From Scyliorhinus canicula (Eukaryota): a DNA stretch of 64,000 nt. The stretch covers positions 79,893,830 through 79,957,829 of the forward strand of contig NC_052164.1 of assembly GCF_902713615.1 (NCBI RefSeq). Reading direction: 5' to 3'. The first letter of the stretch is position 1; each line of letters begins with the position of its first letter. Below the pieces are notes generated by a model. It did not search any database, had not been told where the DNA came from, and saw nothing but the letters and a program-made list of their open reading frames with translations. Shown here piece after piece: positions 60,601 to 64,000 of this stretch. Made by a program: the position numbers and the translations under genes.

Positions 60601-61847
60601 ACTGTACAAGTTTAAAAGTAAATTAACATTGTAACCACTGTTCCTTCTAATCATGTTATGATTTAAAAGGACCGTTGCTTGTGTGCAGCCTGTTTGTCCC
60701 ACAAGTGGTACATTTCTGATTGCTGCATATCTTTGAGGAAATGTTCATTTTAACAGACGAGGAGATGATTTGCTCTGATAAAATTGCAGTGTGAAAAACT
60801 TGCAGTATGAATGCAATCCAAATAATTCTGTGTCGGGGAGAAAATGTATTGATGTTAGAATTCATATTTGTTTTGGTAATACTTAACACGTTCATAATGC
60901 AGCAGGAGATGGCCCAGTAATAATGTCTTTGGACTGATTTGGACCAGGTTCAATCTAAACACAAGAAAAAATCTGAAATCAAAAGCTAATCCCAGTAATG
61001 GGATGACATCTTTGGTTGATTATCATAACACCCCATCTGGCTCACTGATGCCCTTGCAGGAAGGAAATCTGCCATCCTTACCTGGCCTGGCCTACATGTG
61101 ACTACAGACTCACAGAAATGTGATTGACTCTTAACTACCCTATGAAATGGTCCAACAAACCATTCAATTGTATCAAATGCTTAAAAGAAATGAAACCGAC
61201 CAACCTAGGCACCAGACCCTGGCGACGCTGTAAATTCCTCCTTATTAGCATCTGGGGACTTGTGTCAAAATTGGAAGAGCTGTCCGACAGAATGATATGT
61301 GGGTGGGGGAAAGGAGACGGAAGACCTGAATGTCCATCTCCTCATGGGAATATGTCTGTACTCCACTCTGCATTTCCTCTCTCGTCAGCACACCCTGATT
61401 GCAGCATGGCCAAGATCAGGAACTCAACAATGAGTCAGTGAATGGCTCTTGTAGCTTCACATGCCAGTGTGTATTAATGATGCTGCACGTCCCTCATTAT
61501 GGCATCAGTGTTGCGTTTCTCATTATTTGCACAAGCGATGTGAAGGTTACTGGTCAGGTGCTTATTTATAATAAATGGTTTGTTGAAAAAACATTTCTCT
61601 AAAATGGTATTACTTCCTTTTCAAGGGCCCGGTAATGATGTCCCTGATGGTCCTTGCTCCCGGGGATTTTATTGCCCTCCGGGTCAAAGTTCACCTCGCC
61701 CCATACTGTTTGTCTGTCCAGTAAGCTTCTATTGCCCTGAAGGAACTTCCATTCCACTGCCATGCAAGGGAGGATCTTACCAAGCCAACGAAGGCCAGGA
61801 ATCATGTGACCCATGTCCAGCAGGTTTCTTTTGTCGGCTCACTAATG
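1220..61847 (+). CDS. Internal part (29 exons, ~1555 aa) of a giant cysteine-rich repeat protein, GCC2/GCC3 (Ephrin_rec_like) CPxGxYC type; 5' and 3' ends outside the window
   Basis: 29 exons with AG/GT boundaries and polypyrimidine tracts join in compatible phases (24 introns phase 1, one phase 0, three phase 2) to 4665 nt with no stop; continuous C-x2-G-x-[YF]-C repeats; many N-x-S/T sequons. Confidence 0.93.
1791..2438. mobile_element. PIF/Harbinger-type MITE (CpG-rich)
   Basis: TIRs gggcaggattctcc / ggagaatcccgtcc; TSD CAT on both sides; internal poly-C tract. Confidence 0.85.
2818..3146 (-). mobile_element. HE1-like tRNA-derived SINE
   Basis: Reverse-complement Pol III A/B-box head, conserved core, ttctatga-type tail. 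Confidence 0.85.
3551..3769 (-). mobile_element. Short poly(A)-tailed HE1-related SINE
   Basis: Same head and core as HE1, truncated core, A-rich tail. Confidence 0.8.
3881..4059 (+). CDS. Exon 2 (VGPGGVALTDCNLCPSGHYC...GHFCPE)
   Basis: caccaAG|...|GTcagc, phase 1-0; an in-frame alternative acceptor would start the exon at 3890. Confidence 0.88.
4238..4373. mobile_element. Short Harbinger-type MITE (diverged)
   Basis: gggattctcc ... ggagattccaccc ends. Confidence 0.55.
4442..5111. mobile_element. hAT (Charlie-like) non-autonomous DNA transposon
   Basis: TIR cagtgttcttcaaa / tttgaagaacactg; 8-bp TSD gtttaaac / gcttaaac. Confidence 0.85.
6547..6794. mobile_element. Deleted fragment of the GC-rich Harbinger-type MITE
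   Basis: Shares internal motifs (gccgctcggccc, attctcc) with full copies. Confidence 0.6.
6945..7215 (+). mobile_element. Old SINE-like repeat; related copy at about 60905-61150
   Basis: tRNA-like gggttcaaatcc box; shared tail segment cctggcctacatgtgactccagacccacag between the two copies. Confidence 0.55.
8096..8198 (+). CDS. Exon 3 (GSANQSSCAPGHYQ...GTYCQTP)
   Basis: ttcacAG|...|GTaaaa, phase 0-1. Confidence 0.92.
8360..8518 (+). CDS. Exon 4 (GALKPVTCQLGSYC...GMYCQGS)
   Basis: ttttcaAG|...|GTaacc, phase 1-1. Confidence 0.92.
10319..10481 (+). CDS. Exon 5 (GNTEPTGLCSAGYTC...CPKGTF)
   Basis: tacttaAG|...|GTattg, phase 1-2. Confidence 0.92.
11341..11983. mobile_element. Harbinger-type MITE lacking its left TIR
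   Basis: Right TIR ggaaaatcccgccc followed by CAT; internal similarity to 18196-18922. Confidence 0.8.
12312..12415 (+). CDS. Exon 6 (SEKQGLSEAHHCQPC...GLCWA)
   Basis: ttgacAG|...|GTaata, phase 2-1. Confidence 0.92.
12778..12957 (+). CDS. Exon 7 (GFYCLEGCATP...CTPCPS)
   Basis: cctttAG|...|GTtagt, phase 1-1. Confidence 0.92.
13195..13302 (+). CDS. Exon 8 (GFYCKEPG...PLDGLT)
   Basis: tctgcAG|...|GTacca, phase 1-1. Confidence 0.92.
13434..13757 (+). mobile_element. HE1-like SINE
   Basis: A/B-box head, core, ttctat tail. Confidence 0.88.
14297..14543 (+). mobile_element. HE1-like SINE, 5' truncated
   Basis: Core and tail only. Confidence 0.82.
14640..14850 (+). mobile_element. Short poly(A)-tailed HE1-related SINE
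   Basis: Head, truncated core and A-rich tail; flanking acaatgca repeat. Confidence 0.8.
15040..15175 (+). CDS. Exon 9 (GDICPVGHYC...GHLCTN)
   Basis: aatccAG|...|GTaagg, phase 1-2. Confidence 0.92.
16350..16488 (-). mobile_element. 3' tail fragment of the third SINE variant (as 44311-44584)
   Basis: Shared segment tagtcgccacact..gcctgttcgggtacac..aaattacctaa. Confidence 0.7.
16690..17589. mobile_element. Second non-autonomous DNA-transposon family (TGGCAC-rich interior); left end uncertain
   Basis: Right end ggttagatcaggccc; reverse-complement match to 61902-62200; interior related to about 58100-58520. Confidence 0.65.
17654..17787 (+). CDS. Exon 10 (RMQAEPCPHGSYC...CTPCL)
   Basis: ttctacAG|...|GTgaga, phase 2-1. 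Confidence 0.92.
17975..18110 (+). mobile_element. Penelope-like 3' terminal fragment
   Basis: ctctcc(c)cacagatgctg...ttcagattccagcatc motif; also at about 51630-51725 and 63230-63265. Confidence 0.6.
18196..18922. mobile_element. Harbinger-type MITE
   Basis: TIRs ggccggcattctc / gagaattccgccc; TSD CAG; close relative of 44829-45543 in opposite orientation. Confidence 0.88.
19157..19666. mobile_element. Harbinger-type MITE
   Basis: TIRs gggcggaattctcc / ggagaattgcgccc; TSD ATT. Confidence 0.88.
19963..20172 (+). CDS. Exon 11 (GGFYCSRPG...GTYNSET)
   Basis: atcctcAG|...|GTacag, phase 1-1. Confidence 0.92.
20724..21183 (+). mobile_element. CR1-clade LINE 3' fragment
   Basis: [42 protein letters not shown] is a typical CR1 ORF2 C-terminus. 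Confidence 0.85.
22183..22380 (+). CDS. Exon 12 (GQSLCQICLAGYFC...CLMCPP)
   Basis: cattcAG|...|GTaggt, phase 1-1. Confidence 0.92.
22410..22813. mobile_element. Older Harbinger-type MITE or composite
   Basis: ggcaggattt ... aaaattcaaccc ends; internal tcccgcc motifs. Confidence 0.5.
23368..24029. mobile_element. Harbinger-type MITE, same subfamily as 1791-2438
   Basis: TIRs cagcgggattctcc / ggagaatctggctg; TSD CTG. Confidence 0.85.
23937..23996 (+). repeat. (CCCCTG)n microsatellite, about 10 units
   Basis: Direct reading. Confidence 0.95.
24173..24274 (+). CDS. Exon 13 (GQFCERSG...SKPLPP)
   Basis: tttgttAG|...|GTatgt, phase 1-1. Confidence 0.92.
24750..25530 (+). mobile_element. Old, degraded CR1/L2-type LINE fragment
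   Basis: AGVPQ...LG RT motif remnant; related family at about 47530-48400 on the minus strand. Confidence 0.6.
25690..25997 (-). mobile_element. HE1-like SINE
   Basis: Head, core and tail on the minus strand. Confidence 0.85.
26548..26703 (+). CDS. Exon 14 (linker GEFTKSSECTGPADVSPGNR then CSPGFFC...LAEPT)
   Basis: cttttcAG|...|GTttga, phase 1-1. Confidence 0.9.
27092..29339 (-). mobile_element. L1-clade LINE, 5' truncated and internally deleted
   Basis: 14-bp TSD acagcaggattatt (27078-27091, 29340-29353); A-rich tail; ORF2 motifs ISLLNMDAKILAKVLA and IQLKVVYRAHLT; stops and frameshifts. Confidence 0.9.
28201..28922. mobile_element. Harbinger-type MITE nested in the L1 element
   Basis: TIRs gggcggaattctcc / agagaatcgcaccc; TSD CAT; removal restores L1 peptide ANVEKVWSWVRG. 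Confidence 0.9.
30291..30628 (+). mobile_element. HE1-like SINE, young subfamily
   Basis: Near-identical to 59824-60183. Confidence 0.9.
31173..31355 (+). CDS. Exon 15 (GPCDTGYYC...CLQCTP)
   Basis: tattctAG|...|GTatac, phase 1-1. Confidence 0.92.
31729..31890 (+). CDS. Exon 16 (GFFCEGIG...DPCPK)
   Basis: tttgttAG|...|GTaaaa, phase 1-1. Confidence 0.92.
32345..32670 (-). mobile_element. CR1-clade LINE 3' fragment
   Basis: RNYFSQRVVNLWNSLPQ motif and tail. Confidence 0.8.
33410..33616 (+). CDS. Exon 17 (GFYQARKGQPDCNAC...GLTSA)
   Basis: tcaatAG|...|GTaaat, phase 1-1; absent from the ORF track. Confidence 0.92.
33774..34002 (-). mobile_element. Short poly(A)-tailed HE1-related SINE
   Basis: 14-bp TSD cttacgttatatct / cttatgttatatct. 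Confidence 0.88.
34495..34674 (+). CDS. Exon 18 (AECDLCPPGQFC...AGSTA)
   Basis: gattctAG|...|GTaaga, phase 1-1. Confidence 0.92.
35218..35730 (-). mobile_element. Rex1/Babar-type LINE 3' fragment
   Basis: LTNIYRRTMESIFSGCITAWYGACSTQDHRKLQKVV is typical of the Rex-Babar ORF C-terminus; (aaatc)n tail. Confidence 0.8.
35763..36364. mobile_element. Harbinger-type MITE (diverged)
   Basis: TIRs ggacgggattttcc / ggagaatcaagccc; TSD not clean. Confidence 0.75.
36758..36907 (+). CDS. Exon 19 (GVDCPVGRYG...GYYCKL)
   Basis: aaaacAG|...|GTaact, phase 1-1. Confidence 0.92.
37510..38900 (-). mobile_element. Degraded Gypsy/Ty3 gag-protease fragment
   Basis: Gag remnant LVCGVNNEATQKKFLAE, zinc-knuckle remnant CYTCG, protease KVNGRILWMEVDIGS, KYQDVFQEELGKI; many stops. 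Confidence 0.8.
39053..39175 (+). CDS. Exon 20 (GAQTPNPDNKTYGVIC...YNPST)
   Basis: ttctcAG|...|GTatga, phase 1-1. Confidence 0.92.
40072..42380 (+). pseudogene. Decayed Harbinger Myb/SANT-like (Myb_DNA-bind_5, NAIF1/MSANTD-like) gene; exons about 40072-40289, 40511-40667, 40822-42380
   Basis: MAAPRRFAPR..LDAVEERRAILCP..NWRDVGISVSA..EQCCKKLHD then NKTAHNHRGHARTGRG; GT/AG introns; frameshifts and a TAG at 42147. Confidence 0.78.
41568..42125 (+). repeat. 21-bp minisatellite TCTCAGCAGGCCATGGC[GC]CAG, 26 full units plus a partial, encoding heptad SQQAMAQ
   Basis: Direct count: (42114-41568)/21 = 26. Confidence 0.97.
43035..43500 (+). mobile_element. CR1-clade LINE 3' fragment
   Basis: MLPGM..SYEESLSRLGLFSL, IEVYKIMRG, TRGH motifs; (ttcttg)n-like tail. 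Confidence 0.85.
44086..44220 (+). CDS. Exon 21 (GRGSLAACLPC...QPNPQ)
   Basis: ttcgtAG|...|GTatgt, phase 1-1. Confidence 0.92.
44311..44584 (-). mobile_element. HE1-related SINE with a third, unrelated 3' tail
   Basis: Same head and core; after the core it diverges to a tail shared with 16350-16488. Confidence 0.8.
44797..45686 (+). mobile_element. HE1-like SINE remnant interrupted by a MITE
   Basis: Core continues across the insert (gggtttcctctgggttatctg|atttcctcacggtccaaag). Confidence 0.75.
44829..45543. mobile_element. Harbinger-type MITE
   Basis: TIRs gggcggaattctcc / ggagaatttcaccc; TSD CTG. Confidence 0.9.
46060..47087 (+). mobile_element. Ancient Deu-domain-type SINE (SacSINE1/AmnSINE1-like), split by a mini-MITE (46180-46270) and a solo LTR
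   Basis: gagggagtgctgc..ggaggtgcc..tttgaatgagatg core and tgtataaatgcaag tail recalled as DeuSINE-like; reverse copy around 25555-26160. Confidence 0.55.
46448..46990 (+). mobile_element. Solo LTR
   Basis: TG...CA ends with inverted termini tgtcatg / cataaca; AATAAA at 46831. Confidence 0.75.
47234..47458 (+). CDS. Exon 22 (DGESGGVCPGGFYC...SPCPA)
   Basis: ttttcAG|...|GTgagt, phase 1-1. Confidence 0.92.
47530..48400 (-). mobile_element. Old CR1/L2-type LINE 3' fragment
   Basis: MQQHLDKIQAGADK and LSTIYKAK-type ORF2 remnants; related + strand piece at about 45800-46050. Confidence 0.65.
48402..48740 (+). mobile_element. L1-clade ORF2 C-terminal fragment
   Basis: RVNASTSCVRLESIQLKVVHRAHLT, same family as 27092-29339. 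Confidence 0.75.
48852..50300 (-). mobile_element. CR1-clade LINE 3' part interrupted by a MITE
   Basis: HVQQAIKRANGMLAFVARRLEYRS and RFTRLIPG..EERL motifs. Confidence 0.85.
49423..50105. mobile_element. Harbinger-type MITE, same subfamily as 19157-19666
   Basis: TIRs gggcggaattctct / ggagaattgcgccc; TSD AAT. Confidence 0.9.
50386..50517 (+). CDS. Exon 23 (GTYGGRIG...GHYCIS)
   Basis: acttcAG|...|GTaagc, phase 1-1. Confidence 0.92.
51066..51391 (+). mobile_element. HE1-like SINE
   Basis: Head, core and tail. Confidence 0.88.
52666..52830 (+). CDS. Exon 24 (GVNIPNPG...CRTCPA)
   Basis: ttttcAG|...|GTaaat, phase 1-1. Confidence 0.92.
54264..54505 (+). mobile_element. Short poly(A)-tailed HE1-related SINE
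   Basis: 13-bp TSD ataaaagatttaa. Confidence 0.88.
54832..55158 (-). mobile_element. HE1-like SINE inside the CR1
   Basis: Head, core and (ttctatg)n tail. Confidence 0.88.
55847..56063 (-). mobile_element. Short poly(A)-tailed HE1-related SINE
   Basis: 18-bp TSD tgcaagaaggatgttcct (55829-55846, 56064-56081). Confidence 0.88.
56110..56408 (+). mobile_element. HE1-like SINE (older)
   Basis: Head, core and tail. Confidence 0.8.
56573..56695 (+). CDS. Exon 25 (GYYCLPT...YNGQT)
   Basis: attgcAG|...|GTattg, phase 1-1. Confidence 0.92.
57029..57206 (+). CDS. Exon 26 (GIRSARECLVC...linker HLTWNVSLNSTS)
   Basis: tcttcAG|...|GTaagt, phase 1-2. Confidence 0.9.
57324..57733. mobile_element. hAT-like MITE
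   Basis: cagggccggc... / ...gggccgtttctg ends; flanking direct repeat ccgagag. Confidence 0.65.
58533..58880 (-). mobile_element. HE1-like SINE
   Basis: Full head, core and tail. Confidence 0.9.
59214..59353 (+). CDS. Exon 27 (EYKWCPEQYYSIGGLCPAGHYC...LTMPS)
   Basis: ttactAG|...|GTatgt, phase 2-1. Confidence 0.9.
59421..59590. mobile_element. Short (170 bp) Harbinger-type MITE
   Basis: TIRs gggctggattctct / agagaatcctgccc; TSD CAT. Confidence 0.85.
59824..60183 (+). mobile_element. HE1-like SINE, young subfamily
   Basis: (ttctaa)n tail; near-identical to 30291-30628. Confidence 0.9.
60284..60475 (+). CDS. Exon 28 (GECLAGYYC...GQYCD)
   Basis: gccgcAG|...|GTaaaa, phase 1-1. Confidence 0.92.
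61626..61847 (+). CDS. Exon 29 (GPGNDVPDGPCSRGFYC...CRLTN); gene continues beyond the window
   Basis: tttcaAG|...|GTgaga, phase 1-1. Confidence 0.92.
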
Positions 61848-61901
61848 GTGAGAAAGTTGATATACTATTATAGCCAGTTTCTAATTTGCGTGACAGAGCA
61901 C

Positions 61902-62200
61902 AGGCGGGATCTAACCAAATTGTAGCAGAGACCCGTGACAAGCGCTTTTAGCCGATTGTTTTCCAGTGTTTGCAGCACCAAGAAACACCACGCTATCTAT
62001 CAGGACTTTGTTACAATCCGGGGCCTCAGCGGGGAATGCAGTTAGTCCTGTGTCCTGCACTGAGGAGCTCCTCCCGCCAGAACTCAGTGCAGGAAGAGAT
62101 CGGGACACCATTTTTATAGGCGTTCCAATCTCTCAAACACCCCCCCCCCCCCCCCCCTCCTGACATGACCCCCAAACTCCCCCAAAGCCTCACCTCATGC
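61902..62200. mobile_element. One end of the 16690-17589 transposon family
   Basis: aggcgggatctaacc terminus; reverse complement of about 17320-17589. Confidence 0.7.
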
Positions 62201-62383
62201 ATCTCTGTCATGGGAAAAATGCTAATTGGCACCCTGTGGGCAGAAAGACAAAAGGAATGTAATTGGTGGTGATTAAGATTTAAGAAAGGTGCTGATTGCA
62301 GCACACAACTAGATTAGAATGTGTGAATGGCAAACAAAAGGTTCAATCCGTCCGCAAGCGGGACCCAGACCTACTTGTCAGTT

Positions 62384-62703
62384 GGGCAGCAAGGTAGCGC
62401 AAGTGGGTCGCACTGTGGCATCACAGCGCCAGGGTCCCAGGTTCGATTCCCCGCTGGGTCACTGCCTGTGCGGAGTCGGCACGTTCTCCACATGTCTGCG
62501 TGGGTTTCCTCCGGGTGCTCCGGTTTCCTCCCGAAGTCCAAGGACGTGCCGGTTGGGTGGATTGGCCATGATAAATTGGAGAGTGACCAAAATGGTTAGG
62601 AGGGATTATTGGGTTACAGGGAAAGAGTAGAAGTGGGGGCCTAAGTGGGTCGGTGCAGACTCAATGGGCCGAATGGCCTCCTTCTGCACTGTATGTTCTG
62701 TGT
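62384..62703 (+). mobile_element. HE1-like SINE
   Basis: Head, core and tail. Confidence 0.88.
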
Positions 62704-62704
62704 C

Positions 62705-63265
62705 ATTTCAAGTCACCGTCTTGCTCTCACATCCACATATCCGTCCTTGGCCTGCGGTAATGTTCCAGTGAAGCCCAGCGCAAACTGGAGGAACAGCATC
62801 TCATCTTCCGATTAAGCACTTTACAGCCTTCCGGACTTAACATTGAGTTCAACAGCTTCAGACTGTGAACTCTCTCCTCCACCTTCACCCTATTTTTATT
62901 TCTATCAATTTATCTGAATTGCCTCGATTGATCTCTCTTTCCCTCACCATTGTTCCCCTCCCCATCCCACTTGGGTCATCTGTTTCTAGTTGCCCTTTGA
63001 CACACTGCTCACCTTTGTTCTGCCATTCACACATTCTAATCTCTTTTATGTGCCATTATCAGCACCCTTCTGATCCTTCATCACTGCCATTTACATTCCT
63101 TTTGTGTTTCTGTCCACGACACCTTTGTCAATATCCACCTATTGCTGACCCCCTATCCAGCCCCACTGCCCCCCCCCCCCCACATCAGTATAAATCGGAC
63201 CTATTTCCAGTTTTCTCCACGAGTCATCCAAACTCGTAACATTAGCTCCCTTCTCTCTCCACAGT
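62705..63265 (+). mobile_element. Penelope-like element 3' fragment (GIY-YIG endonuclease end plus UTR)
   Basis: RKLEEQHLIFRLSTLQPSGLNIEF motif. Confidence 0.8.
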
Positions 63266-63292
63266 GAGTCTTACATCCAGTCTGATTTCATA

Positions 63293-63590
63293 TCTGCTGC
63301 CTCACAGCGCTGGGACCTGAGTTTGATTCCAGCCTTGGCGACTGTCTGTGTGGAGTTTACACTTTTTCTCTCTGTCTGCGTGGATTTCCTCTGGGTGCTC
63401 TGGTTTCCACCAGAGTCTAAAGATGTGAAGGTTAGGTGGATTGGCCATGCTAAATTGCCCCTTAGTGTCCAAACATGTGCAGGTTAGGCTATGGGGATAG
63501 TGAGAGGGAGTGGGCCGAGGTAGAATGCAGTTTTAGAGGGTCAGTGCAGACTCGATGGGCTAAATGGCCTCTTTCTGCACTGCAGGGATT
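63293..63590 (+). mobile_element. HE1-like SINE
   Basis: Partial head, core and tail. Confidence 0.82.
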
Positions 63591-64000
63591 CAACGGAAGA
63601 TCAATGTAATAAGGGGCAAGAGCCATCTGGTTGCAACACCCTCCTGTCGTGACTGGTGCTGCAGAGGGAAAATTCACAAAGTAATTGATTGTATAGTGAG
63701 ATTTTTTCAAGGAGGGTGCTCTAGAAAATTCTGGTATTGAACTAAATCATTGGCGCATATTAATAATTGCATCTCCCAGGGCCTGATCTTCGTTCCATCA
63801 GAGAAATGAAGAATAAAAACTAGATTATCTTTGATGGTAATATGAAGCCATTTGGCAAGATGAACCCTTCAATGGCCTCCAAAGGCTAATCCATTGCACA
63901 AGAAAGGAAAATCCTATTTAATTCAATTGCATAGTAATGTAAAAGTATTTACGAACACCAAGTCCGCCCTGTTTCCAGCCTGCTCTTCCATAACTATTAT

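Noticed and set aside
1220-61847. Protist contamination or recent horizontal transfer of the Cys-rich gene
   Set aside because: Exons are separated by kb-scale introns filled with shark-type SINEs and LINEs, so the gene is resident in the host genome
1220-61847. Gene symbols such as SCUBE, SVEP1, MEGF, ZAN or PCSK5
   Set aside because: No EGF, CUB, sushi, vWD or protease domain is visible and the Cys spacing differs; no symbol can be supported

Overview
This is eukaryotic, cartilaginous-fish (shark-type) genomic DNA, judged from HE1-like tRNA-derived SINEs and CR1, L1, Rex-Babar and Penelope remnants; the species cannot be fixed from the window. The whole window lies inside one + strand gene. 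I can thread 29 GT-AG exons (1220..61847, 4665 nt, about 1555 aa, phases all compatible, no stop codon). They encode the middle of a giant extracellular-type protein built almost entirely of CPxGx[YF]C repeats (GCC2/GCC3, Ephrin_rec_like type); neither start nor stop is in the window. The protein has a hierarchical design: ~80-aa 8-Cys modules are grouped into a colinear macro-repeat of about 690-700 aa (2.2 copies here), separated by Cys-poor linkers. The introns are full of transposons: many CpG-rich PIF/Harbinger-type MITEs (14-bp TIR, 3-bp TSD fitting MWK), one 2.7-kb Harbinger derivative keeping only a decayed Myb/SANT gene with a 26-copy 21-bp heptad minisatellite, SINEs sharing one head but with three different tails, LINE and LTR fragments and hAT MITEs. 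Most long ORFs in the supplied track are spurious GC-rich MITE frames. Family assignments are by pattern recognition only; no searches were run. Repeat boundaries without a TSD are approximate.
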